Below are positions 39,808-53,775 of a stretch of 64,000 bases of DNA, piece by piece. Source of the stretch: Octopus vulgaris (Eukaryota); the NCBI GenBank assembly GCA_951406725.2, contig OX597815.1, forward strand, positions 156,240,001 through 156,304,000. Reading direction: 5' to 3'. A program made the translations under genes and the position numbers. Below the pieces are notes generated by a model, which did no database searches, was not told the origin of the DNA, and worked only from the letters and a program-made list of their open reading frames with translations. Position 1 is the first letter of the stretch; each line of letters starts with the position of its first letter.

Positions 39808-41430
39808 TAGACCACTACACTGAACTATCTTCCTTCAGGCGTATTTGTTATTTGATATTTCTGTGAGAAATGCTTGGGTCACTGGCTAATTTTTAATTCA
39901 GTCTGTTGTAAAAGTTTTTCTTCCGTAAATTCGCATCTAATTTCTTTCAGTCACTAGCCATACCTTGTTTTATCCTGCTGTTCGTTAGTGAGGCATTTTT
40001 TTTACGTTTAGCGTTTCAGTAAGATGACTGTTAAAAATTAATTACTGGAGGATTATCATAAATATTTGACATCAGTAATTTTTGCAATGGTAGAAAACAA
40101 CATGATTGCATTTTCTCTTATGAATTAATGGCATTTGTTCTGCAGCTTAACTTCTTAGTTATCATCGGAAATCACCATATTTCTTTCGAACTAAAAACAA
40201 AAACATCGTTGGAAAACAAGTCGAGTCACATTATGGACTAAATCTATCAACATCTCGTTTCTATAAGATTATAGACATTGCTGCAAGTACGCTTATGACA
40301 TTGAGTTCATAAATCTAAGAATTTATTCATGTCAAACTCTGTTTTTATAAATCGTTGCTTGAATTTGTAATATAACTATCTGCCATCAAACTCACTAATG
40401 TTATAATTGGCTAGTGATTGTTAATATATCAAAATAAGTAGTTTTTAAAGTATGCATTGCCTCGTTACGATCTCACGTTTGTATATACATTCTAAGATTG
40501 AGCTCTATAACCTTTTATCCTGATCAACGATAGAAGTTCAATGCCATATACATGGCGATGCAACGGCATTTATAAAATCTTAGGAACAGACAATTTCAGA
40601 TCTTTTGTCTGTTAAAGTACTTGCTTCACTGCACAAGCTCTATTGGCGTCGGTCATGAGGAGAAAAAAATGAACTTTTAATAATGAAATGTCACGTATGG
40701 TGAATATATAAGCGGTCAAACATAATTAATACAGAAATCTTAAGATTATAATTATTCCGGCGTGCCATTCCTCCGTAACTGGAATTATGATGATTCGGTA
40801 AACAATATTCTAAATTACGGGCAAATATATATATATTAATTTGTCATCGGTTAGCTATTCCAGAAACCTGAAGTAAAGTATCTTACACGTGGGTCACAAC
40901 ATTTAGTAAAAAAAACTGTTTCAAAGTACAATCATAAATACATATATACATGCATACATACACATTCATACGGGCGCGCACACGAACACACACACAAGCG
41001 CATATATATATATATATATAAACATACACACGAAATAATTTGGTTTTGGTAGAGAAAATTTCAAGTTGTGTATGGTAATGAAGAAAACGAATCGACATCC
41101 AAATTTCGCTTGTACTCGTTTTATATCGAACTCAGATGCAAGAACACCAAAATGAAATAAGCAGAATAGGCAGGAAGTTAGATGACTGAAATATGTGATT
41201 TAGTTTATTTTATTGAAATACTTGAGTGCCGAATAGTCACTAGAAAAATGACAATTGGATGCTGAAACGAGATTTCCTCATCACCTCACTCCCAAAATAG
41301 ATTATTTTGTAGTATAGTAATGATTTCAGCAAGGAAAAGAAGTTGCATATCTGTCTCATTTAATCAGTAATACCTATTAAAGCAGTTAATTTTGATTTGT
41401 CGCAGAGATTTTATACAATTTCGGAAGGTA

Positions 41431-41790
41431 AATGCCTCTTGTGTAGGCGCATGCCCTGGTGGTTCTAGACCGGTCGGCGAGCTGTTTTTAAGCAAGGAAC
41501 ATTGTGTCACGTTTTTCCAGTATATTCAGTAGGAAATGGATACTGCTAAGCAATTCCCGGAGACGCCTATCGTTCCAGCTGTCATAACATACTTGTATCG
41601 CTGAGTTGAAGACTGAGAGAGTTGGAAGGGCGCCTATGACTACTTGGGACTACATAGGTTCCAAAAATAATCAGCGAAAGCATGGTGTATGTCACCAATC
41701 CATAGGTGTCCGAGTGTTGCGGCTGGATGTCTAAATGCCTCCCACATGCTCATTACGGGTTGGGGGGAGGCTGAAGTGAAATGGCTTTAC
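41431..41790 (+). mobile_element. Degenerate SINE with a GC-richer tail
   Basis: Head GTAGGCGCATGCCCTGGTGGTT and body TTAAGCAAGGAACATT...CACGTT..TCCAGT..ATTCAG..GGAAATGG, like 36120-36345. Confidence 0.5.
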
Positions 41791-42643
41791 TACAATTTTA
41801 ATTCTTTCTTTATGCTTTTATTATTAATAGGATATTGATGAATGATTCATTGATGATTAGCTGACACCACAACAGTACTCTGTTTTATTAAATTTATTGT
41901 TGAACATATCAGTTTAAATCAGATGTCATTAACTTTTTTTCTTTCTTTCCGACGATTCACTCACTCCACGTTCAGCATTGTATCTTTTCAAACATTGATT
42001 AAAAAGTTGAGAGAGTTTTTATTAGAAAATTAATTAATCATTTTTGAATGATTAGTTTGTTTGAAGAAAAAGGAAATGCCAGGAGGCACCACAGAAAACT
42101 TGAAGGATTTATGACGCTTTAATGATTTTTCTGTTAGCTGTTTCTTATCTATATATATTGCAGTGAATGTATATAAATAGCACTTAGCACTTCCTCTAAA
42201 ACGATTGAAAGGGAGAATCCAAAAATAACAATTCATATACTCTGCATCATTAATATCGATAACGTACAGAAAGATTCTCCGGCCACCGAAAAGTTAATAT
42301 TTCGGAATGCCATCCATGATATCGTTTCTACAGTTCACCTGGCTATAAACAGATTCCATGGGGATGGAACTAACTCTATTTTAAGCAGAGGAAGGGATAC
42401 TTTGTTGTGAATATTCTGTCGTCAGTTTAAGGTTATGAAGCGAAGCTAAAGGATCTTTATCGTTTATTACTCATTTGTTCTAGTCGTCGAACTTCGGCCC
42501 TATTGTGGTGCTGCATTCAAGGGTACAGTCAGACGAACCTGGAAACGAACACAAGCCAACATCGATTGCTAATGGACGGCCTGGGACAAAACACAACACA
42601 CACAAAGATACGCACAAACATTTACATATGTAAGCGTGAGTAT

Positions 42644-42675
<32 letters not shown>

Positions 42676-43038
42676 GACGGACTTCCTCGTTGTTACCGTC
42701 TGCCAAATTCACTTATAAAGTATTGATCGACCAGGCATTATAGTAGAAGACATGTACCCAAGGTGATACGCAGTGGGAAGAACCTCAAACCATGTGAGTA
42801 TAAAGCGTGTTTTTAAGCATACATCTGTACGTATGCCTATCACATTAAATGACGAAAATAAACTCACTTCGATGCACTATTCGATAAGAAATATGTGCCG
42901 TTACACTGTCGAAGTGAAGAGAAATGTTTGCAATTTCAAAGGGTCCCAAAAGAATGTCTATGACTTGATGGTCATCCTTTGCAACTAATAGCAGCTACTA
43001 GATGAATCGACTTCTTGATTCGCTTTCGATTCTTATTT

Positions 43039-43140
<102 letters not shown>

Positions 43141-44171
43141 GATACTTCAAACTTAGTAAAGAACGGGAATGTTAATCTAATTCCAATATGCTTATATGTG
43201 AAGAAGAAACATATTCACAACAATATTGACACATATTGGTATTGTTCGTGCGATATGTTTTCATTACTTTTTATGACGAGATTTCACGCAGTTTCCGTCT
43301 ATGGAATTTACCCACAGGGCATTGGTCGGCTCGGGGATTATAGTAGAAGGCACACGTCTAAGATACCGCGCAGTGGACTTAACACTCAATCACGATGATG
43401 CTAAGCGAGCTTCTCAACCATATGGCCATGTCTGCGTCTATTTGATGTGCTTTAATACTATATTACAAAGGATACTTTAACATTAATCACAAGAGAAGTA
43501 TTTTAAAGCAATTTTACTTCCCCTATCAAGAAACTTATAAAAGAATGCCAGACAAAAACGGTTCACAATATTCACGCTGAAATGTTTTTAGCGAACACAG
43601 TAAGTAGATAGATACTCTTGATTGTGAAGGAGTGGCTGTTAGTCTCCACTTGTATTGTTCCCCTTCGAATACGGTGGAATTCATTAGAAATATCGAGATT
43701 TACAACGATGATACTTCACAAGGAGTTTGTATAGAAAAGTAGTGTATTCCGATTTAAAGTAGCTTCAACTTGTCGGAAAATTATCTCGTTTTCTGAATAC
43801 AGCAGTAATGAAATGGAAATAGGAAAAACGTTAACGTAATGTTGTTCGTTGAGTTGTACGTATTAAGAAGATGCTAGAAGAAGTTTCTGTCGGTAGCATG
43901 ATTAGCATAATTGCCTGCTATATAGGAAAATATATTTTAGCAATTCAAGAAACAGCAGATATGAAATATGAAAAGACTGAATATAAAATGTGCATTTAGT
44001 AGCATTTGCATGATTGTGCATTAACACATACATATGTAAGTCTAGCTATATATACGCATGTAAAAATATCCGTACAAGTAAACACACACACACACACACA
44101 TAGTCATAACTACATGTATATGTGTGTACATATATTTATCCATATATACATGTGTGTATATGTGTGTTTGC

Positions 44172-44304
<133 letters not shown>

Positions 44305-45330
44305 CATACACACATATACGAATGGTTACAACACGTGTATGTTTGTTTGCGCGCGCGTGGATTTCTCTCACTCTCTCTCCCTCTCTCTCTCTCTCTGTTT
44401 CTGTGCGCGTGCGTATGTAATTATGCAAAGATTCTCATTAGCGTGCCTTCACTGGTTTGAGGTAAGAGATGTCAGATAACCATAATTACGAATGTAATTT
44501 TTGTTATCCTCCCTAGAATAACAGAAACGCTTTTTATACGACATCGTAAAACAGAATCAAGATACATTTCTTTTAAAAAATCAATATCTTTATTTCCTTT
44601 TTAGTTGATACTGGTGGTGGTAGTGGTTATGTTGTCGTTGCCTGTTTTGCAGTTGGAATGAATTTAGTCACCCTAGTCAGTTGACAAATTGAAAATTTCC
44701 AGAAAAATAATCTCGCAGTTATACAAACAAAACAACGACGAATGTGCGTGATTCTACAAATCACGCGCATTCAACAAGTTGTTTTTTTTTTTTGCTTTGT
44801 TTCCATTTTTACTGGCTTGCTATATGTTCATGGCCAATACACAGGCCCTTAGGTCTTCTCAGCTGCAAGCACATTTGAATAGGAAATATTGCACATAAAA
44901 TCCTCAGTTGGCTGTTGTTGTTTGTCTCAAATCTGAAGCAGTCCACCCGTAAAGCAATCTAATTCCGGTAATCTCTTCGTTATTGGAATATCATTTATTT
45001 TTTAACATAATTCCCATACACCTGGGTGGGTATGACACGCGTGTGATTAATGATTTTGAAGTTTGTACATGTTAGTCGAAAATATCACTTTTCTATCTCG
45101 ATGAACGAGGTGATTTAGATCTGGCTTTTCAATGCCTGATATAATATATATTGCTTGCATTTACACAAGTTAATGTCCAAATAATGGGTGAGATGAATAT
45201 GAAAGTCGCTGTTATAAAAGAATCTCTCCCTCTCTCTCCCTTTTCCTTCTCTCTGTCGCTCTCTCTCTCTCTCTCCCTGTCTCTCTCTCTCTCTCTGGAT
45301 ATATATATATATATATATATATACAGAGAA

Positions 45331-45399
<69 letters not shown>

Positions 45400-45712
45400 A
45401 TAAAGTCTATTTGTCAACGTAAAGTGGCAGTCCTAATTAGGATGGTGTCACTACCTTTTTTAGCCGCAGGCAAACATCTTTTCCAGCTACCTATCAACGC
45501 AGAACTGCGTCCGTGTACCTTGAACAAGGGAGCTAATGTCCCCACTCAGCCTGCGGACCAATGGTTTCTGGATTATTTCTCCTCATCGGCACAGGATAAC
45601 CGTTGGCTACAGATGGCAGCACTAGGCTTTGTTCGAGGTATATACTTTTAAAGTGACACACTATCATTGATCTCGTAAGGAGAAAACAATTAGTTATATA
45701 TATATATATATA

Positions 45713-46015
45713 TTCTGTCTCTATAATTGTTTCCACGCAACGTAGTTTTTCAGGTGTGCAGGTAATTGATCATACAACCGTTTCCTTCCATTATGAGATC
45801 TAATTGTATGTATATGTAAATATTGTCTCTGCAAGTTCAAATTCTCGGCGTCAAGAACATCCTCTCTGTCTGCCGTCGCCTGAATTTAGTAGTAGTCACT
45901 GCGTTTATCATGACCGTTGGCAGTGGTTCAGTCATAATGCAGGGAAATAGTTGCATGATCAAGTACCTGCACGTCTAGAGAACTACGTTGCATCGAAACA
46001 ATTGTAGTGATAGAA
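45713..46015. mobile_element. MITE-like element, ~300 bp with ~85-bp imperfect TIRs
   Basis: ATAATTGTTTCCACGCAACGTAGTT...GTGCAGGTAATTGATCATACAAC...CATTATGA versus TCATAATG...GTTGCATGATCAAGTACCTGCAC...AACTACGTTGCATCGAAACAATTGT. Left end abuts (TA)n. Confidence 0.75.
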
Positions 46016-46552
46016 AACAAAAGTACAAACATCCTCTTTCTTGTTGACTCCAAATTTTAAAAATTATTTATTCACATACGATAAATGCCCAAATGCAAAC
46101 TTGGAAGTATGCATAATACTACTACTAGAGGCGGGCGGGCTTTATACTATACTCAACTGCATTCTTAACAGAATATACCATTACTACATACATATATATA
46201 TGGATACACACACACATATTATATTATATAGCCGACACATTAGACTCTTGTTTCTAGTTGGCTGATTACTGGTTCATAGTATTTTCAACAGGTAGAAGAT
46301 ACGTTTTCGCTTTCATTGAATCATCTGTGTATCGTAGTACAGTAGAAATTTGTAAAGGACCATCGTTGATAAACTAAACGTGTTTTATTTCTTTCGCTGA
46401 TAGATGCTATCGAAGGGTGCGTGTATGGGCTCGTCTGTGTGTATGTGTGTGCGAATGCATGTATGTATTATGTATGTATATATGTATGTATGTGTTTCTG
46501 TATGTGTGTATCTATTTCTGCCTTTCTATCTCTCAGTCTCTCTCTCTCTCTC

Positions 46553-46590
<38 letters not shown>

Positions 46591-46592
46591 TG

Positions 46593-46641
<49 letters not shown>

Positions 46642-46709
46642 GTAGATAGATAGATATAGATATAGATATATGTGTATATATATATATATATATAGATGGA
46701 TAGATATAG

Positions 46710-46782
<73 letters not shown>

Positions 46783-47199
46783 TGTATATTTACAACAAGA
46801 CTCCTCATTTACTAAATTTCACTCATTAGACAATGGTCAGTCCTAACCTGTGATTGAGGACAATTGCTCGAAAGGACAAGCAATGGGATCGAAATCAATA
46901 CAATTCTGATGCGAAACATAAACCGTAACAATTCAGCCATCACGGCCTCGTATTCAATGTAAGAGTATCTGATATCAAAAATATAACAAATTAAATTAAA
47001 AGTTGAACTTAAACCCTGCGCGAATGAGTCGTCAGTTAACAGAAACAGTTATTGAAGAAATGAGTTATGTTAAAGGTAATGGGAAACGGGAAATGAGACT
47101 GTGAGACTGCTACAAGGAACGTCCATATTATATGGATGTAAATTTTGTTCTCAGGAGGTTAGCTCATTTGCGTATATACACTTTCAAAACCAGAGCTAT

Positions 47200-48480
47200 T
47201 TCCGATAGGGAAATAAAAAAATAATAATACATTACTAGAAAAACGTGGATGAAAACAGCAGAAATAAAAGGATGAAACATTTAGACCTTTGGTAATGTAA
47301 ATTACGAAAAAGATGTCTCTTACGGAAAACAAATAAAATTATAACAAAGCAATACAATAAAGACGCATGTTTATGCTGGTAAAACACTGACAAAGGAAAG
47401 TAGAATGAAGGGTTCGGAAACGAAGATACGAATAAAATTGTGGGAAAGATTTAACAGAACATTTTAAAGATAGAAATTTTGAATATGAGTATGATCTAGA
47501 TATGAAAATAGTTAACTAATTGAAATCGATAAAAGATATCCATATGTACCACCATCAAACGAAAATACATGGTATCTCAACATATAATGCATTTAAAAAG
47601 TAAAATAATAAAGAAAAGAGAACTATAACTGAAATTCAAAGTAAGAATAAATATATCGAATAAACATTTCAAAATTTTGAAAACTTCTAAATCAAGAGAT
47701 TACAACTTGAGCGCAAATAACTTAATCGTTGTGTAAAGCGAGAACGATTCTTTGAACAAACTAAACAATTTTGACACCAACCCAAAGCGATAAGAACAAA
47801 ACAGAAATCAATGCTATGCCAACGGCTAGAGAAACAAAATATTCTTGAAAAAGTGTGGAGAGTGAAGGAATCTTGACAGACAAGATTCTTTAAATATGAG
47901 AATGAACAAGTGGAAAGCACCAGGAAGCGATAGGCAGCGAATCCTTTGAAGTATTTAACAGAAACACATTGACTGTTGGCGAAAATATTGGAGCCAGATA
48001 TGACACTTGAATAATTCTACGCAGAGAAACTTCCCCGCTCCTTAACTCGCACGGCTAAAGAAACAATAAATACCAAGAAAATTACAGACACCTAAGTAAA
48101 TTTTTGTATCTGCCGCATGAAAGTATCTATCACCCTGCCGTAGATACAAAACTTTATTTACAATATTGCAAAGGGTAAATACCGACTGGCGAAGATAAAC
48201 TTACTGAAAAAACTGAAAAGATGTTGCAAAACTCATATGGTGCAAATATCTATCACTGATCAACAACGCCATATTAAAAGTACAGAAATTAGGAACAGTG
48301 TATTGAGTGAACTGGTTATCAGAAACTTTTGAAAAAGAGGTCTTTACCAGTGGGCTCTAGAAATATTAACAATGAATGCGTACCAACAATAACTAGTAGG
48401 TATATAAAACAATTCAGCTGATAAGGTAAAACTATGAACCTATTATAAGCAATAGAAGGAGCATTAAAGAAAAATAGTTA
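47200..48480 (+). mobile_element. Heavily decayed R4/Dong-like fragment (pre-RT and RT region)
   Basis: Remnants NQEITT*AQIT*/LNRCVKRERFFEQTKQF near 47690-47790 resemble the pre-RT R.RRY..R..F..QN..F motif. KRGLYQ near 48335 resembles RRGIFQG. Confidence 0.5.
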
Positions 48481-48899
48481 TATATGCATCGTACACCGTT
48501 GAAAGGCAATTAACGGTATTCATACAGAATTAACATCCCGTACTCAAAAACCAATATGTGGAAGAGAAACAAAAATCGTCGCTGCAGCGACTTGTCAAAA
48601 CATCTGTTGCATTTCGACCTTATAAATGGCGTGCACTCATAACCATTTCGGACAATAAATAACCTTTCTACGATTTATTTAGATTAAGTATGATTCATAG
48701 GTCACTATTTTAATGAATTACAAAATTTCATTGCATTCATATTAGAAAAAGAGCCGTCCAATTGGGCTGACACCCTCCACTTATTTCCACTTATGTTCCT
48801 CCTTTTTAAAACAGATTAACCTAGACTAGACACGGATACAACACGGATATAGCTCCCTCAAAATGTCCACGATATATTCTTATTTGATCGTCTAGCGAG

Positions 48900-49415
48900 A
48901 AGAAACTAAGTGGATATAAAGAATGCACTTGCTGTCGAAAAAGGGATCCTCATGAGGTTCTTGCCTTTATTGGGCCTGAATGAGCAAGGATGCTTCCATT
49001 GGGCACTCTTTCATTTGGTCTCTGAATCATAACAGTAGATACAGCTTTCGTCACAGACCACCAGATACTCAAATACTCTCTGATGCCACCGACGCATCAT
49101 TCCTTCAGTTCATCACTGAGCATCCTGGAAATAAACTTGGCACAAATTTTGCCCATGTTCAGATCTTCATGAATGATTCTGTATAGTTGTAGCACTAACA
49201 CCAAATTATACGCTTATTGTCTTTATAAAAAGACGACGGTTTTCAACCAGAAAAACTGAATTTTCCCAACTAGCTTTGGTGTTCTGATGACTGCCCCTCA
49301 CCCCACACCTTTCATGGTTTCACACATCCACTCTACCGTCCTTGACCCTCTTCTACCTGAGTAAAACAGATGCTCAGCTCATATAAGTCAAGCCATAAGT
49401 GGTCTGAAACATTTA
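48900..49415 (-). mobile_element. Second decayed mariner transposase fragment
   Basis: Minus strand gives IIHEDLNMGKICAKFISRML, LVVCDESCIYCYDSETK*KSAQWKHP and FDSKCILYIH. Confidence 0.8.
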
Positions 49416-49616
49416 ACGTTTATCTTTTACTTGCTTCAGCCATTAGACTGTGGTCATGCTGGGTCTCCACCTTGAAGAGCCGACCCCATTGCTTATTTTC
49501 TCTATTATGACGAACCTCTAAGTTATGAGGGTCGTAGACAAACAAACAGCGGTTATCAAGCCATGGAGGGAATTAGATACCGACACAAAAATACACGCGC
49601 ACACATACATACATAC

Positions 49617-49664
<48 letters not shown>

Positions 49665-49828
49665 AGTGAAGAATTTCGTTAAAATGATTTTCCCCCATGT
49701 GGTGAGTTGTAGGGAAGAATATATAAGGAAAAGAACGAAAATACACACAATTTATATACTTTATAAGATAGAATATTTATATAGTCTACCGCTTTCGCAT
49801 TTTGTGATTGGGAAATTAGTGAAAATAT

Positions 49829-49942
49829 TGCAATTCCGTAGTATCTTCAAGAATTTTTAGTCCACCCTGGTTGCACACACATATATATATATATATGCAA
49901 CCAGGGTGGAGTAAAAACTCCTTAAGATACTATGGAATTGCA
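49829..49942. repeat. ~47-bp inverted repeat pair flanking a (CA)/(TA) microsatellite
   Basis: TGCAATTCCGTAGTATCTT...TCCACCCTGGTTGCA-(CA)n(TA)n-TGCAACCAGGGTGGA...AAGATACTATGGAATTGCA. Confidence 0.85.
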
Positions 49943-50252
49943 TGTATGCGGTTTTGGTCGGTTTTAGAAGACACTTGCCCAAGGTTCCTCGATGTGGGAC
50001 TGAACCCCAAACCATATGGCTAAGAAGTCAGTTTCTTACCACAAGGTCACGCCTCGTTTTTGCTCAGTTTAACACAAAACTTTATTGCATAGCGAGCTCT
50101 CGAATTGTCGTCACATATCGGCTGCATTCAACTAATTAGTCGAATGTGACAAGCAGTGTTTGGTAGAATGTGTTTAAAAGGCTGCTTGTAGCTATCTCCT
50201 TCCATCTGGCATAAAAAATTTGCAGCTCAGCTTATTAGATGTATAATAATGA

Positions 50253-50553
50253 TATTGTTTGTTCCTTCTCGAGCCTTGTCTGGCTCATAAGGGTCGGTTT
50301 CCCGGTTTCCTTGGCGTATAGATTCCCCACATGGACGGGACGCCGGTCCGTCGCAGGTGAGCTGCAAGAGGAAAGAGTTAGAGAACGTTGTGGCGAAAGA
50401 GTCAGCAGAAGTTCGCCATTACGTTCTGCCGGAGCCGCGTGGAGTTTAGATGTTTCGCTCAGAAACACATACATCATCCGGTCTGAGATTCGAACCCACA
50501 ATCCCTCGACCGCTAGTCCGCCTCTCTAACCACTATGACATGTGTCTCCACAC
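50253..50553 (-). mobile_element. Full-length tRNA-derived SINE
   Basis: A box (ATAGTGGTTAG), B box (GGTTCGAATC), body CCTGCGACGGACCGGCGTCCCGTCC...GGAAACCGGGAAACCG and an (AAAC)-like tail. Same family as 1-171. Confidence 0.85.
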
Positions 50554-51072
50554 ATAATAATGATATAATAACTGTTTAATTATCAAAGACAGATGTAACT
50601 CACCCTTCTAACATAGGTTCAATTCTTCTGAAATATACCTCGTATTTATCACTTAAAATTACATACTATTGCGCCCCTCTACTATATGAATAGTGAATGA
50701 ATAATACTATGTAAGTTTTAGAAATATTTTATCATAAACAATGTCTTTGTTCTTGCATAAAAAATATAGTCTGCAAGTTTTTCCTATTTATGGCTTCTAT
50801 GAGACTGCATTCGTTTGTGTATTTGTGTGTGTGTGTACGTGCGTGTATGTGTGTATTTTGATGTGTTTGTACTTGTGAAGTACTTATGTGTAGTTGCGTT
50901 ATGCTTGTACGTGCTTCATTGCATTTGTTACTCCTGTGTAGGCTGTCTTTAGCGAAGCATTGTGGAGCATGAATACCAAAGAAAAGAAAATGCGACGGCC
51001 ACGACATGGTGACTGATGCTGCTGCGCTGTTGTTGTTGCTATTATTATTATTGTTCTTGTTGTTGTTGTTTT

Positions 51073-51241
51073 ACTTGTCAGGGCTCTCGGTCTTACTTGC
51101 TCTGGTTGATTCTCTGAGAGTAGACAGCAACCTGTTCACAGGGTCTCTTCCCGCAAATTGTAAGCTTTGATATTTGGCTGTTAACTTATCGTACAAGACA
51201 CTCAACACCTAAGCACCACCCTCAGAATCTTAGCTGTCTCT
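51073..51241 (-). mobile_element. Extreme 3' fragment of a second R4/Dong-like family inside a (TAA)n/(CAA)n tract
   Basis: Last codons TAKILRVVLRC* match the LGTA.ILR.VL C-terminus of R4-clade proteins. A ~130-nt 3' UTR follows. Flanking triplet repeats have the same polarity as at 27303-29540. Confidence 0.7.
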
Positions 51242-51246
51242 ATTAC

Positions 51247-51294
<48 letters not shown>

Positions 51295-51342
51295 CATCAT
51301 CATTATTATTATTATTATTATTATTACTATTATTATTATTAA

Positions 51343-51436
<94 letters not shown>

Positions 51437-51959
51437 TATAAATATTTCAAACGGAGTTAAAGGTCAACAATAAAGTCACAGCTATCGATGCTTAAGTTGT
51501 TATATCAATATGTATTAATTATATTCTCAGTTGGACGCTATGTGAATTATGAAACTAAGATAGAAATGTAAGAAAACAATGACTGCATTTAAAATACACC
51601 AATCGTAGATTGAAAGAAGAGAATTATGTATTTGCAACGAAAATTTATTATATCTACTGTAGTACAAAATATATATATCATTGGAAATAACAAAGGAAAT
51701 ATTATAAAGTAGGATCAAATGTAAGACAAAAGTTGCGGCAATGGACAGCTTTAAGGAAGATGGTGTAACGGAAATGTGATTGCAGCATCTCATAATAAGA
51801 CGTTTGTAAGACAATAAACTGCATGGCCATTATCTGGAATGTTTGTGCAAAGCAAGATTGGATAACGAAAAGAAATCAATATTATCTAAATATACGAGGA
51901 CCACCTCTGACAAAAATTTATCGTCGGTATAGCTAAGATCACATTCAAAACACTGATCC

Positions 51960-52420
51960 TTCTTTTCAAGACCAGAAAATATTTCTCCTCGATACCTTCT
52001 AATATTTTACAAGGTTCAAGTGAGGTTCACAATGAAGTAACACTTGGACACCTGGAGTGGCGCTGCTACAACGCATACATTTTGATCCAGGTCCAGAGAA
52101 TAGCAACTTAAATCAATAATGCACACAATCTTGTTTCCGGCCTACGGGCGTGCGGACTTCTCTGTGTAATTTCTACCGCTGCTATAATGGTCTCTGCTAA
52201 TCGAAGCGTGATTCTTTCATACCTCTATCACTCAGGTAATCCCAATACATTTTTCCCTCTAAATCTTGCAACACTTGGACGACCCAAACCCCTCGACTTC
52301 GCTCTAATCTTTACTTCCAGGCTTTCGACCCCAGGATATCAGTCCTCTGGAAAAATATTACGGTCATATTTTCCTTGCAGCTGTTGACCTACAACAATTG
52401 AAATGGATCATCAACGGCAA
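51960..52420 (+). mobile_element. Decayed CR1/Jockey-group LINE 3' end
   Basis: Remnants FYKVQVRFTMK*HLDTWSGAA, VQRIAT and LCNFYRCYNGLC resemble YK.QVRP.MEY..H.W / SL..FYRYYNG.C. Confidence 0.55.
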
Positions 52421-52529
52421 CAAGCATACCGATCTTGGAGAAATTTCAAAGTTTCTGGGTTTTGCTGCTTTTTCCAGGATCAACAAGTAGAACCAGAAAA
52501 TTTACAAAACCCAAAGCTATGACCAATGT

Positions 52530-53400
52530 AACTTTGCACGAGGAGAAATTATCCAAAACAATGAAGGTAAATATAAGCAACAACTGCAGAATATGTGGGA
52601 ATACCCAAAAGAAAAGAGATGCTTCAACCATAGACCACAATGTATCTTAGAATATTACAAAATAGTTGTATGCTTTGCGATATGCTAAAGTACATGGGCA
52701 CGGATTCAAAGTGAACTATCTCGATATTTTTGTTCAAATATCACCAGCAAATGAAATTCATCCCAAATGATGCATCACTTTTAACACGCTAATATATATA
52801 TAGCACAGAAAGGAACGAACTGTTCATATATAAAGATCTGAAATTAGACTTAACCAGAGTGGAGAATCGAAAATATAAACAACACGTATAATAATAGATA
52901 CTTTAAAATTGTATAAAAAGTTGTTGAAAGATTTAATAAATCTAAATATCTTACACATATACCCAAAGTACAGCGAAAATGTACATTCTTAGCTCTAGAT
53001 AAATATTATATAGAATACTTTCAATGAAATGGAAAAAGCCGTACATAAAATAAAGTACTGAATGTACCCAAACATTCGAACACTCGATTGTGCTCTGAAA
53101 GCTTGCTATAACAATATAATAAAATAACGTTGTTAGTAACGATAACGATATGCAGTGAAAAGTATGCCAGCATTAGGAAATACCGACAGAAAAGTGTGGC
53201 TTTGGCATAGAGCAGAAACCGTTTCTGCGAATGACGAATCCACCGTACTTTGGAATATGTCGATCAACGCCGACAAGAAGATCCAGCTAATCGACCAGAT
53301 ATTCTTTTCAAGCACGTGTTGGAAAGAGCGTTCTAATCGAGCTATCAGTCTAAACAGATGATAATATATTTATCAAGACAATAGAGTTTTTCCGTACATC
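52530..53400 (+). mobile_element. Decayed Dong-like CCHC finger and RLE remnants, interrupted
   Basis: MKVNISNNCRICGN...TIDHNVS and WHRAETVSANDESTVLWNMSINADKKI align by eye to MKRNITSNCRICGD..TINHIIS and YRHTPEKVTENEKATILWDMPIHTDREI of the 27.3-29.5 kb copy. Confidence 0.7.
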
Positions 53401-53629
53401 AACCTGTGGTGTACCTGGACATATCACCCACTTCTTATCATTGATGGTTTCAAGTCTTTCAGTAAGCAAACACCGTCAATCAGGCGACATAGCCAGTGGT
53501 TGATCAAACCCAAGCTTATGTCTAGTTAACGCTACCCGTTGTTCCAGCGTAATTCCTCCACCTAAGCATATTTCATTCTCTTCATCTCATTTGCTTTCTC
53601 AGTTTGGCTTTTAGAACCCACATGGCCTC

Positions 53630-53775
53630 AATTGCAATAATATCACTGAGAATATATATAAAATTATAAAAACCTGTTTCCAGAAGAGGAGAAGAAATAC
53701 TGCAAATGTTCATATGGTTGAAGTGATCAATTATTTATCAACAAATCCTTAACTGATGAATTTAAAGAAGAGGGT
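53630..53775 (+). mobile_element. Dong-like RT fragment
   Basis: NLFPEEEKKY...SYG*SDQLFINKSLTDE versus [30 protein letters not shown]. Confidence 0.7.
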
